A DNA stretch of 59,694 nt, the filler included, from Asterionella formosa (taxonomy: Eukaryota): the NCBI GenBank assembly GCA_002256025.1. It is 4 parts of 4 records of this genome, joined end to end, with 100 filler letters (N's around TTAATTAATTAA, not from the genome) between each part and the next. Parts side by side here need not be neighbours in the genome. Positions count along the whole stretch, not along the records: positions 1 to 14,854 come from NKIB01005708.1; positions 14,955 to 29,803 come from NKIB01005716.1; 2 more parts are not named here. One strand, 5' to 3'. The notes beneath the pieces were generated by a model, which had not been told where the DNA came from, searched no databases, and saw only the letters and a program-made list of their open reading frames with translations. A program made the position numbers and the translations under genes. The first letter of the stretch is position 1. Each line of letters opens with the position of its first letter. Of this stretch, positions 9,933-21,000 are shown in pieces.

Positions 9933-12833
9933 ATGTCTTGGACCGGCCCAAAGGACGACATCTTCCCTCCTCTCCTTCAGTACAATGGACAAGAGTCGTT
10001 CTTCGGAGGAGAGGCTCCTCTTTCCCTTGCCGTTGGCTACCTTGTAGTCCTTGGCTTCGGTGCTTTGTTCTCTGTTTTCACTACTTTGATTGTGATGGCC
10101 GACACATACTTCGGAAGCAAAGCTTCCATTACAAGTGAACACTTCAAGTAAGCTACATCGCTCATCCTCGTACACTCTTTGCTGTGATCACAAATTCCCT
10201 GAAAAACTGATGGAAACTCCGATTTGTCAACATGGAAAATTTGAAAATTTGTTGCTATAATCACTTTGCTTTTAAAGGTTGATGCCAAAACTGGTCGCCT
10301 GCTGGATAACTCCTTGCACCCTTCGTTTATTGTGAACTAACGATGATCGCTTAATCTTCTCTTTGTGTCCCATAGCACTGCTGGACGCATGATTAAAACC
10401 GGGTTGACTGCCTCGGTCATTGTGAGTCAGTGGACCTGGGCTGCTACGCTTCTTCAATCGTCCAACGTTGCTTGGTCGTACGGAGTATCTGGTCCTTTCT
10501 GGTAAGTCTTGTGTTGGCCATCATTTCGGTAAATTTTGTTTTTGGTTGCCATGGCACATGTTTTTTGTTGCTGCGGACCACTTTAAGAGACCATCGTATC
10601 TGTACTCTAAATGATGATGATAAGTGACAACGTCCGGAATTTCAGCTGATATCGGGGCAGTATCATTTTCCTATGTGACGACTGTTAAAGCAAAAAGTGT
10701 CTCTACACCTGCTCCAAACTCTCGTTGACCAACGGAAGTTTGGCTATTTGGTTCCGGCAGTTTGCTATTCCTCTAGGGTTCTCGTTAATCCTACATGTTG
10801 ATTGATATGTGTACATAATTTTGATTCCCAATCAGAGTACATCTTGAGGAGATGCCAAGCCGGCCGAGTCACTCGACGTACTAAACCCTTTTTATTAGTT
10901 CCCTTTCTGTGACAAGCTGTGCACTCACCCCGAAACAACCATCGTCAACTGTGACGTCACCCTGCTTCTCTTGAAACAGGTATGCTTCTGGTGCAACCAT
11001 CCAGGTACTTCTCTTCGGTGTTCTTGCCATCTCTATCAAAAAGGTTGCCCCTTCTGCGCACACCTTTTGTGAGATTGTCAATGCTCGTTGGGGTAGAACT
11101 GCTCACAAGACCTTCCTCTTCTTTGGATTCTGCGCAAACATCATCGTGACATCGATGCTTTTGCTTGGTGGTGCCGCCACTACTCAGGCTTTAACTGGAA
11201 TGGACTATCGTCTAGCGTCATTCCTAATGCCTTGGGGAATTATTCTTTACACCGCTGCAGGTGGACTCAAGGCAACCATTCTGGCCAACTACATCCACAC
11301 CATGATTATCTATGCTGTTTTGATCATCATGATCTTTGTTGTCTACATCAAGGTCTACTCTTCCGACCAGATTTATGATTTCCTCACCACTGTTTCCAGG
11401 TACAGCCTTGAGGACTGCGAGGCAATCTGGGCCTCTACGGACGGAGTGACGTTCTTCACGCCTGGAAAGTACGCATGTGGTCCTGTGTCTGGAAACGAAA
11501 AAGGGTCGTACTTGACAATGCTTTCTGCTGATGGGCTCATGTTTGGAATCATCAACATCGTTGGAAATTTCGGAACTGTTTTTGTAGATCAATCCTATTG
11601 GCAGTCTGCCATTGCCGCCCGTCCTACAGCCGCCGCAAAGGGATACTTGCTTGGAGGAGTCTGCTGGTTCGCCATTCCTTTCTCCCTTGCAACCTCTCTT
11701 GGCCTTGCATCCGTTGCTTTGCAGCTCCCTATTACCAATTCCGAAGCCGGGGACGGTTTGGTTCCACCTGCTGTTGCCTTCCACTTGCTCGGAAACTCTG
11801 GAGCTGCTCTCATTCTTGTCATGCTGTTCATGGCTATCGTGTCCACAGGTTCCACAGAGTCCATTGCTGTTTCATCATTGTTTGCTTATGATGTCTACCG
11901 TGAGTACATTAATCCTGCGGCGACCGGAGAGCAAATCCTTTTTGTGTCCCGTGTCGTTATCATTGTTTTTGGTCTCGTTATGGGATGCCTTGCAATCCTT
12001 CTTGCCGAGATTGGTGTCAACCTTGGATGGGTGTACCTTTTCATGGGAATTGTCATTGGATCAGCAGTCTGTCCTCTGTGGAACCTCATGACCTGGAAGA
12101 AGGCATCTGGTACCGGTGCAATTCTTGCCGCCTGGCTTGGCTTTATTCTCGCTGTAATTGGCTGGATCGTTGGAGCAATCCTACAGGGTGGGGAAATTTC
12201 TGTTGCTACGTTGGGTACGAACCAGGTCATGCTTTCTGGAAACCTTATCGCCATTATCTCTTCCGGAGCTATCCACTACGTTTATGTAAGTGTCTTAAAT
12301 GGTTATTTCTTTTCTTGTTTTTCTTCGACTAACCCACCATTGCGACAACTTGACAGTCAGTCTTTATCGATCCGCAAGATTACGATTTCACTGAGTTAGA
12401 CACAAAGATCTCGCTTGTTGAGATGGATTTGTCTGGTTTGGGAGCAGAGCAACAGGACCCTATTGAGCTCGAAAAAGCTTATAAGTGGATTACTCGTCGT
12501 GGATATGCGTTGACCCTCCTCTTGATCTTCATTTGGCCAATCCTCTCCATCCCTGCCGGTGTGTTTAGTAAGAACTACTTCGCATTCTGGGTTTTGGTGG
12601 CAATTGCTTGGGGATTCGGTGCCGCTATTGTCATTACTGTTCTCCCATTGACCGAGAGTCAAGAGGATATTTTCCGTGTGACTAATGGAATGTGGTCTGT
12701 GATGACTGGAAAGGGCAAGCCTGCTCCTGCCGCTGACGAGACTGATGTTCCCGTAACCAAGGAGGTTGATGTCGAGGAAGACGAACCAGCTAAGGAACCA
12801 ACAAAGACTGACGAGGTCGAAGTTGAAGCTTAA
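9933..12833 (+). CDS. DUR3: Urea active transporter DUR3 (sodium:solute symporter family); exons 9933-10147, 10376-10501, 10980-12285, 12357-12833, 707 aa
   Basis: The spliced frame gives [55 protein letters not shown] and [19 protein letters not shown], hallmark DUR3 motifs. All three introns are GT..AG and keep the frame (2124 nt in total). Confidence 0.96.
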
Positions 12834-13176
12834 CCAGCCTACCTGCTGGCTTTCCTAAAGCTGTTGCTTGCTTGTTTATCGATTTATTTTGTGTAAATGG
12901 TGATCGTGAGGCTCACTTAAATGTAATATTTTGAGCCCGATGTTCAATCCATTAACTAAGTTCTCTTTTCTAAGGAATTTTCCAATTGAGTCTCAGTAGG
13001 ATCTTCTTTCTTATGTATTCTGAAAGACCGCGATGGGGTCTTCATAGGGTAACTTAAGAGTAATTGTGTGCATCAATAAAGGATTGTCACAATAATGCTC
13101 CTTCCTGCAGCACGTTGTGTCCATCTGGTCCTGGGTCTCCACAATTGCTCTCCTCAATCGGCAATTGTGCTGAAGG

Positions 13177-13506
13177 CAATACACGCCCGAGGTGGTCTCT
13201 TGCCTGCGAGTATACATGTGTTCGAGGCTGGGTGGCGCGAGAAGGTTGACCGTAGGAGTGGCGCCCCCGGCGCTGCGAGAAGGTTGACCGTACGAGTGGC
13301 GCCCCCGGCGCTGCGAGAAGGTCACCCTACGAGTGGCGCCCCCGGCGCTGCGAGAAGGTCACCCTACGAGTGGCGCCCCCGGCGCTGCGAGAAGGTCACC
13401 CTACGAGTGGCGCCCCCGGCGCTGCGAGAAGGTCACCCTACGAGTGCCATCCCAGTCGAGTACACATGTATACGAGAAGGCAAGTAGCCGCCGAGAAGGG
13501 TATTGT
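13177..13506. mobile_element. Foldback/MITE-like element with about 60-bp imperfect inverted arms enclosing a 37-38-bp GC-rich minisatellite (about 5.6 copies, 13237-13446)
   Basis: The unit GCGAGAAGGTCACCCTACGAGTGGCGCCCCCGGCGCT is repeated head to tail. The arms CAATAC...CTCTTGCCTGCGAGTATACATGTGTTCGAGGCTGGGTGG and CCATCCCAGTCGAGTACACATGTATACGAGAAGGCAAGTAG...GTATTG are imperfect reverse complements. Confidence 0.75.
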
Positions 13507-14854
13507 TGAGGCAATTCCCGCTCTAGCTATCGTCGTGTCATTCGCTTACCTACTGCCCACAAATTTAGCATAATTGTCAATTTTAGCCGACTATTGCCCA
13601 TCATATAAAATATTTTTTGGATATTTACTATCTTCACCTCGAAAATTGCCAAAGGTCCGATATTGCCCATCATTAAAATATATTTTATATATTTCATATG
13701 TTCGCGTTTTGGCAAGACAACAGACACCAATTGCCCCTCGGTTTTCCAGCCCGGGATTGCCGAAATCGGCAAGGGGTCTACTTAAGGAAACCATTTTATA
13801 TACTAAACAGATTCTAATAACTTCCATCTAGAATTCACCTCGTTTTTGTTCGTCTCCTGAAGAGTGGACTCCGGCAATTCACCTTTCACCATGCCAATCG
13901 TCGTCCATCATGACCGGTTTGAAGCGAAATCAGTTCCGCGATGACGCCAGTAGCGATTCTTTTCCTGACGGATGCGGTTGATTGTTGGATTGCTTGTCTT
14001 CTCGAGGTATTCATGTAGTCGCATCGTCCATATTTCGTCGGACGCACGATGATATCGATACATCTGATGTTGGTGGCAAGTTTTTGCTACGGTCATGTAT
14101 GTAAAAAAAAATGATGCTTAAGGGATATTCTACCGGTACCGGCAGTCATCTAGTCTACATACGTACGTGGTACTAAAAACAACCATGCATGCTTTAACGC
14201 TTACTTTGAACACGTTATAATATTATCTCTGTCGACTCGGTATTATTTTTACGAGACCTGAAATGTTGAATTATATCGTTCACATATTCATTGATTTTAC
14301 GTACCGTATGCCCGATTTCGTCGTCACAAATATAGTTCTCACTCTATCTTGCCTGCCTTTGCTCTATTCGGGCTTGCAATAGGCAACGTTCGTCTTTCTT
14401 TTATCCCATCTTCTGCTGCTTGTTATGCTAGTTGAAGCGGATCGGTGAGTACAACAGTGAAATACTGAATGTGGATTGTAGATCGTATTTATCGACTTTC
14501 CGATTTGATAGCTTCCGTGGTTTGTTTTGATCGCTTCCATCGTTGTTTGTCGTTACGCATTGTCGTTTTGTTTCGATTGTACATATCTACATGAGAACCA
14601 ATGCATTTATCAATGACTACTCATTGAAGATGTGGTATTGTGCCGTTGTTGATCGTATTTGTTGATTTGTATAGTCGTTGACAATGATGTCAATATTGCC
14701 GCCAAGCAATGCTTTTCTTGTACTAACGCGCTTTGCTACATTTCTACTACGAGTTCGTATCAGAAGCTACATGACGAATACTCAGCTAGAGAGAGTCAAT
14801 AGTTCTGGAGCAGCGTGGCGATCACGCTTGCTCAGAATGGAATGATCAGGGTTG

Positions 14855-14954
14855 NNNNNNNNNNNNNNNNNNNNNNNNNNNNNNNNNNNNNNNNNNNNTT
14901 AATTAATTAANNNNNNNNNNNNNNNNNNNNNNNNNNNNNNNNNNNNNNNNNNNN
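14855..14954. other. Artificial scaffold linker N44-TTAATTAATTAA-N44
   Basis: Exactly 100 bp with a stop-in-all-frames core, identical to the other two linkers. Confidence 0.97.
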
Positions 14955-15649
14955 TAGACTCTAACTATTTTTCCATCCATGTCAGAAAGGAAAACCAAAC
15001 ACTCAACAGATGCTATTTGGATTCAAGGGGATTCATGAGGACTATTATAGTCTACAATTCATAATTAGCATGGAATACTGTATATACAGATAGATTTATG
15101 AATGAAATTATGCCTATTTTGAAAATACATTAAAACAAGTGATCATGTTGTCACTGGTAGATAGAATAGTATGGATTCATAGTCTAATATTAGATAACTT
15201 AAGAAAAGTAAAACCAGTAGACTAATACCTATACACCAAATATATTTTAGTTTTAATATACTACATTGACCATTTGCTTCCGCTCTCATCATCTTATTGT
15301 GATAAGAAATGGCACCTTTGTTCTTTAATGATCTCTTGTCTGTATTTGTGATTGAATTGAAGTTGTGTTCATTGTTCATTCTGTGATATAATTATTGCTT
15401 CAGTCAAACATGTATCTAGTAGTCAAGAAGAAGATCTCCAAGAAAGCAAATCCATTGCCATTTTATTCTGTCCCCAGCTTGGACTTCTAAAATAGTGACC
15501 AATAATTGGCCTTGCGAAAAATCAACCAAATCAAGTCAAATGTGATTTTATTCTGGTGGAAGGATTATACCATACTCATATTGAGGGTTGCTTGCTCTCA
15601 ACCCTCAATTACTAGCTACTGGTAGGAAATATACCAGGCCATCCATATG

Positions 15650-16810
15650 TCATATCCGTGTGGTCTTTTGCTTGCTGTTGTAATCACTCAACACAACACC
15701 TCCCAAAACTGCAACACCAGATACCAAATGTACAAAAAGCAATGGTTTTGGAAAAACTAGGTAGCTTAGAACCACCGTGACAACCTTGCGCAGTGTTGAA
15801 ACAGCAACAGCCACCACGCTTCCAGAGGCTTGGATCAATTTGGTATATGCTAACACAGCAATGGACAAGCCCATTCCAACCATGGCAAAGTACAATGCCA
15901 AACGAGGGTGCTCGGTACTTGTTCTTACAGCTATCCACAAGTGACCTGTAAAGACCATATAGCATAATAGAGCAGAAAATCCAATGGCATTGACATTAAC
16001 CATAAGTTCGGCCGGCGACAGTGGAAGCGAGGGCGTTGTTGGTGGTGTGAACTCCAACTCACATTCACGACGAATGTCGATTTCCTTTCCACTCTTGATC
16101 GTTTCCATCATGATCAACCCATCATTGCGACTCAATGTGGGAGACTGAAGTGCCGCGGATGGACTCATGAATTGTTGTTGAAGATTCGGCACCAAGGCAT
16201 CACAAAGGATACTAATTGTCAAGAGAATCAATCCAGGCCAACTGGAATGGTTCGGTCCTTCATTGCTGGCAGTACTGGCTCCAAAAGAGTACCCTGCGGC
16301 TCCGATGCAAAGCAATATGGCTGCCACATAGTCCATGTAACGATACGAAGCTCCATTCCAACATGTTGAAACGATCATTGTGGGTATAAGTTTTGCAGAT
16401 TTGAACACCACCTTGGTGGGATAGGTGACATAGAGTAGAGCTTGCGACGCGAGTGCTGTAGCTCCAAAGACAACGACGGATAATTTGATGTAGGGGAAGG
16501 CTTGGCGCAACGTCCATGGAAGACGTTTCCATGCCTGGCCTCGCGTCGCTAGCAGTGGCAACACCACACAAGAACCAAACTGAACCAAAGTGACAGAATA
16601 GGCAAATCCTGGCAAACTACTGAATTCTCTAGAGCCAGCTTCCAATGCCAACTCATGAACAATCATGGCAAGGAAGAAAATGACCATATACGTGAGGACG
16701 TGCCATTTAGAGGTTGTTGGTGAATCTGGAAGTTGGTGGGGCACGACAGTGCTGCTGCTGGGTGGGGCGATCCGTAACACGAGGACTTCATCATCACTGT
16801 CCTCTGGCAT
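15650..16810 (-). CDS. UAA-family nucleotide-sugar/PAPS transporter (SLC35B3/PAPST2-like), 386 aa
   Basis: Multiple TM helices. Motifs ALLYVTYPTKVVFKSAKLIPTMIV, ISILCDALVPNLQQ and VSTLRKVVTVVLSYLVFPKP are typical of SLC35B/UAA transporters. Confidence 0.88.
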   Translation of the reverse strand: MPEDSDDEVLVLRIAPPSSSTVVPHQLPDSPTTSKWHVLTYMVIFFLAMIVHELALEAGSREFSSLPGFAYSVTLVQFGSCVVLPLLATRGQAWKRLPWTLRQAFPYIKLSVVVFGATALASQALLYVTYPTKVVFKSAKLIPTMIVSTCWNGASYRYMDYVAAILLCIGAAGYSFGASTASNEGPNHSSWPGLILLTISILCDALVPNLQQQFMSPSAALQSPTLSRNDGLIMMETIKSGKEIDIRRECELEFTPPTTPSLPLSPAELMVNVNAIGFSALLCYMVFTGHLWIAVRTSTEHPRLALYFAMVGMGLSIAVLAYTKLIQASGSVVAVAVSTLRKVVTVVLSYLVFPKPLLFVHLVSGVAVLGGVVLSDYNSKQKTTRI

Positions 16811-17039
16811 TTTACTATTGTTCTATTGAAAAAAATAGATTGTGTCGCGATGTGGAAACCGCAATTGAGACATGTAGTGGAATAACGGTATGATGTATAG
16901 ATGAAAGAGAAAAGTGACAATGAACTGGACCAATATACCGGTACCGTACCGTAGTCGACAAAGTACCGGTAGGCAACAATCACCGGTACCGGTAGGCAGA
17001 TATATAACTTCTTTCAATAAATAATGGCATATTTTCGAA

Positions 17040-17661
17040 NNNNNNNNNNNNNNNNNNNNNNNNNNNNNNNNNNNNNNNNNNNNNNNNNNNNNNNNNNNNN
17101 NNNNNNNNNNNNNNNNNNNNNNNNNNNNNNNNNNNNNNNNNNNNNNNNNNNNNNNNNNNNNNNNNNNNNNNNNNNNNNNNNNNNNNNNNNNNNNNNNNNN
17201 NNNNNNNNNNNNNNNNNNNNNNNNNNNNNNNNNNNNNNNNNNNNNNNNNNNNNNNNNNNNNNNNNNNNNNNNNNNNNNNNNNNNNNNNNNNNNNNNNNNN
17301 NNNNNNNNNNNNNNNNNNNNNNNNNNNNNNNNNNNNNNNNNNNNNNNNNNNNNNNNNNNNNNNNNNNNNNNNNNNNNNNNNNNNNNNNNNNNNNNNNNNN
17401 NNNNNNNNNNNNNNNNNNNNNNNNNNNNNNNNNNNNNNNNNNNNNNNNNNNNNNNNNNNNNNNNNNNNNNNNNNNNNNNNNNNNNNNNNNNNNNNNNNNN
17501 NNNNNNNNNNNNNNNNNNNNNNNNNNNNNNNNNNNNNNNNNNNNNNNNNNNNNNNNNNNNNNNNNNNNNNNNNNNNNNNNNNNNNNNNNNNNNNNNNNNN
17601 NNNNNNNNNNNNNNNNNNNNNNNNNNNNNNNNNNNNNNNNNNNNNNNNNNNNNNNNNNNNN
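17040..17661. other. Intra-scaffold assembly gap (622 N)
   Basis: Run of N. Confidence 0.99.
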
Positions 17662-18008
17662 AGCAGAACTACCGATACGTAGTCAATCATGCCATATGTA
17701 AACATTCATTTTCTTGGTGCAGTGCGCATTGGTGTCATCCAACTCTCAGTTTAAATTATCGTTATTCGCAATAGTCAGCAAGCTAATAAATAGACTAGAC
17801 TACCATACCCGGGAGACTTCTGGTACCTGGTGACGGAAGAGTGGGTAGACCAGCACAAGGCTTGTACTATAGAATCATTCCTAGAAGCAAAAGTTCCAAA
17901 CAACGCTTTGTACCAAAGTTTTCTGAAATAGAATCGCACACAGAAGCGTACCTTTTCTGCCCTGATTCAATCTCAGAACACCGAAACTCTCTGATTCAGT
18001 AGCTGAAA

Positions 18009-21000
18009 ATGCAAAAGGCACAACAAGACCAGCAGGCTGGTCTGGAATCGCACCAGCGTGCTGTTGTTGCTACTGCCAGCGCTGTTTCGCAAGCCAAGGG
18101 CATCAAGGCAGAACTTGAAGAACTCCGTCAGAAGCAACTCGCCAAGAACATGAGTCAATCCTTTTCGTCGAGTATGGATCTTGATAATGTTGTTGTTATG
18201 ACTGCAGATGAATTCTATTCCAATCAAAAGAAATTGGATCAGCAAAGGAGACAACGACAGTTGGAATCGATTGCTGCCTTACATCGATATCGCGATGGCC
18301 GCAAGCGCACTACCACTACTGCTGCTGCGATTGAACTGGACTTGCCGTCAAAGTATACCACCGTGACGGAAATGATCGATTTCTTCCAACAATGGGATGA
18401 CATGGATGTGGAATGGCGAAATGCCCAACATGCCAAGTGGATGCACCAGATGCAGCAACAAACAAGCGATGCTGACGATGGCGATAGCAGTACTAATAAT
18501 ATCGATCCTCTCCTACTCTCGTTTAGTCACTGTTCTACAGAAAAGTTGTTGGCCATGCAAGCATCCCTGGAACGAACTTTGGAGGAAGCCAAGCTTGTGC
18601 CCCTTCCCGAGGACGAGGTTTTCTTGACAGCTGAAGAGATTTTTAATGCCTTTAAACAAGAAATGGAGCAATTGACAGGAATCGTCCTGCCTACAATGTA
18701 TTATTCTGTCGATGATTCCGATGCTAGTAGGCTAAACTACGAGACATCAAAACAAGAAATGAACCAACGTATTATAGTGGATGCGAGGGACGACACAGAC
18801 CATTCGCCGTTCCTCGAAACTCCCATTGCATCAAATCGAAAAGTTGCCGATCATTCGTCGCTCGTCACTCCAATTCCATGCAATCAAAAAAAGTTTGATC
18901 TAACCTACAACTTTGGAAACATGGGAGATGATGATGGTCACGCTGTTGGCAAAATTCTTCCAGATGATTGCGCTTCGATTGAATCCAACCTGCACGTGAA
19001 CCAAGCCCTACACATGTTATCGGATGACTATTCCGTGTACACTTCTGCCACCCATGATCAAGCAGTCGAAAGCGCGCTAAACTTGTGCTCATCATCAAGT
19101 CCTAAGAAGTCCGATGAGTTTTTGGTAGAACAAGCCCTTGCCTTGTGTGGGGACGACTCGTCAAGTGAGGGTGATGCAGCGGCCGTCCAATTGGCTCTTG
19201 GACTTTTATCATGTTCCGACGATGATTATACCATTTGCACCTCTGTCGAATCCAGTATGATCGGAGATGTGTCATTGGATTATATTGAGAATGAGCAATT
19301 CTCGACGCCATACTTATCCAAGTCACCAAAGATTGCGGCGAATAGCGGAAAGGTAACATCGCCAGACAATTCGGGTCTTTCCAAAAATAGAGCGAATGAT
19401 GCAATAGCATCCAAGGCGTTGCCCAATTTTCTTTCATGTGATGCTTCAAGTGAAACAAGACCGAAATCGCAAGTTCAATTCAAAGAAAACAAAGGAACAC
19501 CTATTTCTTCATTAAGTCACAGTGGATTGCTCCCAAGTTCGCAACATGACGACGACGAAGAAGAAAAAATGCACGTGGTCACGACCTTGTTGGTCAGCTC
19601 TCAGGTAGACTTACCAGATTTGGCCCCAGCAAGTCCAGACTCTGTGTGCTCCCTCATGGCCAACTGCTTTCCCGAAACAGACACGGTGTCGACAACCATC
19701 AGCGACCCGGCACGACCTTCCAAAGTCCATGAATCGGTGCATGAATCGAATATGGACAACGAATTGACTGTCGGAGCATTCATTAAAGAATCGAATATGG
19801 ACAGCGAGTCAACAACAAGTCTTCCCCAATTTGAAGATCCAATCGCATTGTCGGTTTTGACTCATGTGATAGCCTGTGCTACTGGCCAAAGCCAAGAGTC
19901 AAACCAAGTTCAAAGTGAATTTGAACAAAAGAATCCAACCTTAGATTCTTCAGTTTTCATCAATGATACTGCAGATATTTCTGGAGCGGAAGATCGAGTC
20001 CTCACAGTCCTTGCTGCTAATAGCAACTCGATCCATGTTGTCGCCAACGAATCATGCGAAGAGACGATTTCGATGCGACTCAATACGATGGAGCAAGAGC
20101 GAGAACAAAAATCTGCCCCCTCTACAAATCTCATTCAAGGCACCGTTTCGGCGTCCCCCCTTTCCTATGAAATGGTGTCAGTGACGAACGTAGGCGTTGT
20201 CCACGATGACTCTATTGTTGCGTCCCCGATTGTACCAGAAACTTGCACCTATAGTGTGGCGAATACAGAGACNNNNNNNNNNNNNNNNNNNNNNNNNNNN
20301 NNNNNNNNNNNNNNNNNNNNNNNNNNNNNNNNNNNNNNNNNNNNNNNNNNNNNNNNNNNNNNNNNNNNNNNNNNNNNNNNNNNNNNNNNNNNNNNNNNNN
20401 NNNNNNNNNNNNNNNNNNNNNNNNNNNNNNNNNNNNNNNNNNNNNNNNNNNNNNNNNNNNNNNNNNNNNNNNNNNNNNNNNNNNNNNNNNNNNNNNNNNN
20501 NNNNNNNNNNNNNNNNTATTTCGATGCGACTCAATGCGATGGAGCAAGAACATGAAGATGCCTTTGCCGAATTGCAGCTTGTATCAGAGCTATTCATCTC
20601 CCAGTCTTACACTAAGACTACAGTCGAGACAGCTTCATTGGAGTCGGCTGAAGATGAAATCAACGGTTCGGAGGGGCGCCCTTGTGTCAAGCCCACTAAC
20701 GTGCTTCTTGATCACGACGAGCATGAAGAATTGCTGAGCGATAAAGATCAATTGGCTAATTTCGATAATTTGACAGCAATTATTTATCCCATAGATGTGG
20801 ATTCATTGTTGGAAAAAGAAACGGCAGAGACTGAACCAGCCGTTTGGTCGTCTGCCGCTATTGATTATTTGTATCATCCTCTTCTCAAAGGAATATGCAA
20901 CAAATTAGCTTCGGATGAGGATGTTGACAGGATTTCGGTTACCGAAAGCAGCCTTGTCGAATTAGTCGCCAATGGAGAGACAGCACTTGTATCAGCGACT

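Noticed and set aside
10605..10650. Intronic C/D-box snoRNA (ATGATGA...CTGA) or riboswitch in DUR3 intron 2
   Set aside because: The box spacing is too short, there is no terminal stem, and no TPP-riboswitch consensus is visible.
11224..12254. Antisense and alternative-frame ORFs over DUR3 (likewise over chlG, the helicase, TBP and the 1628-aa gene)
   Set aside because: These are shadow ORFs of real coding sequence with no recognisable motifs.
13237..13446. CRISPR-like array of 37-bp repeats
   Set aside because: Units are head to tail with no unique spacers, there are no cas genes, and the context is eukaryotic. It is a minisatellite, and the ORFs across it are artefacts.
13830..14854. Possible spliced 5' region of a gene at the end of scaffold 1
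   Set aside because: Splice-like signals exist, but no convincing reading frame appears before the scaffold ends.
14899..14910. TTAATTAATTAA as a biological motif or piggyBac target
   Set aside because: It sits between exactly 44 Ns on each side three times, so it is a synthetic linker.
16980..17705. ORFs of 241 and 225 aa
   Set aside because: They consist almost entirely of N-gap codons.
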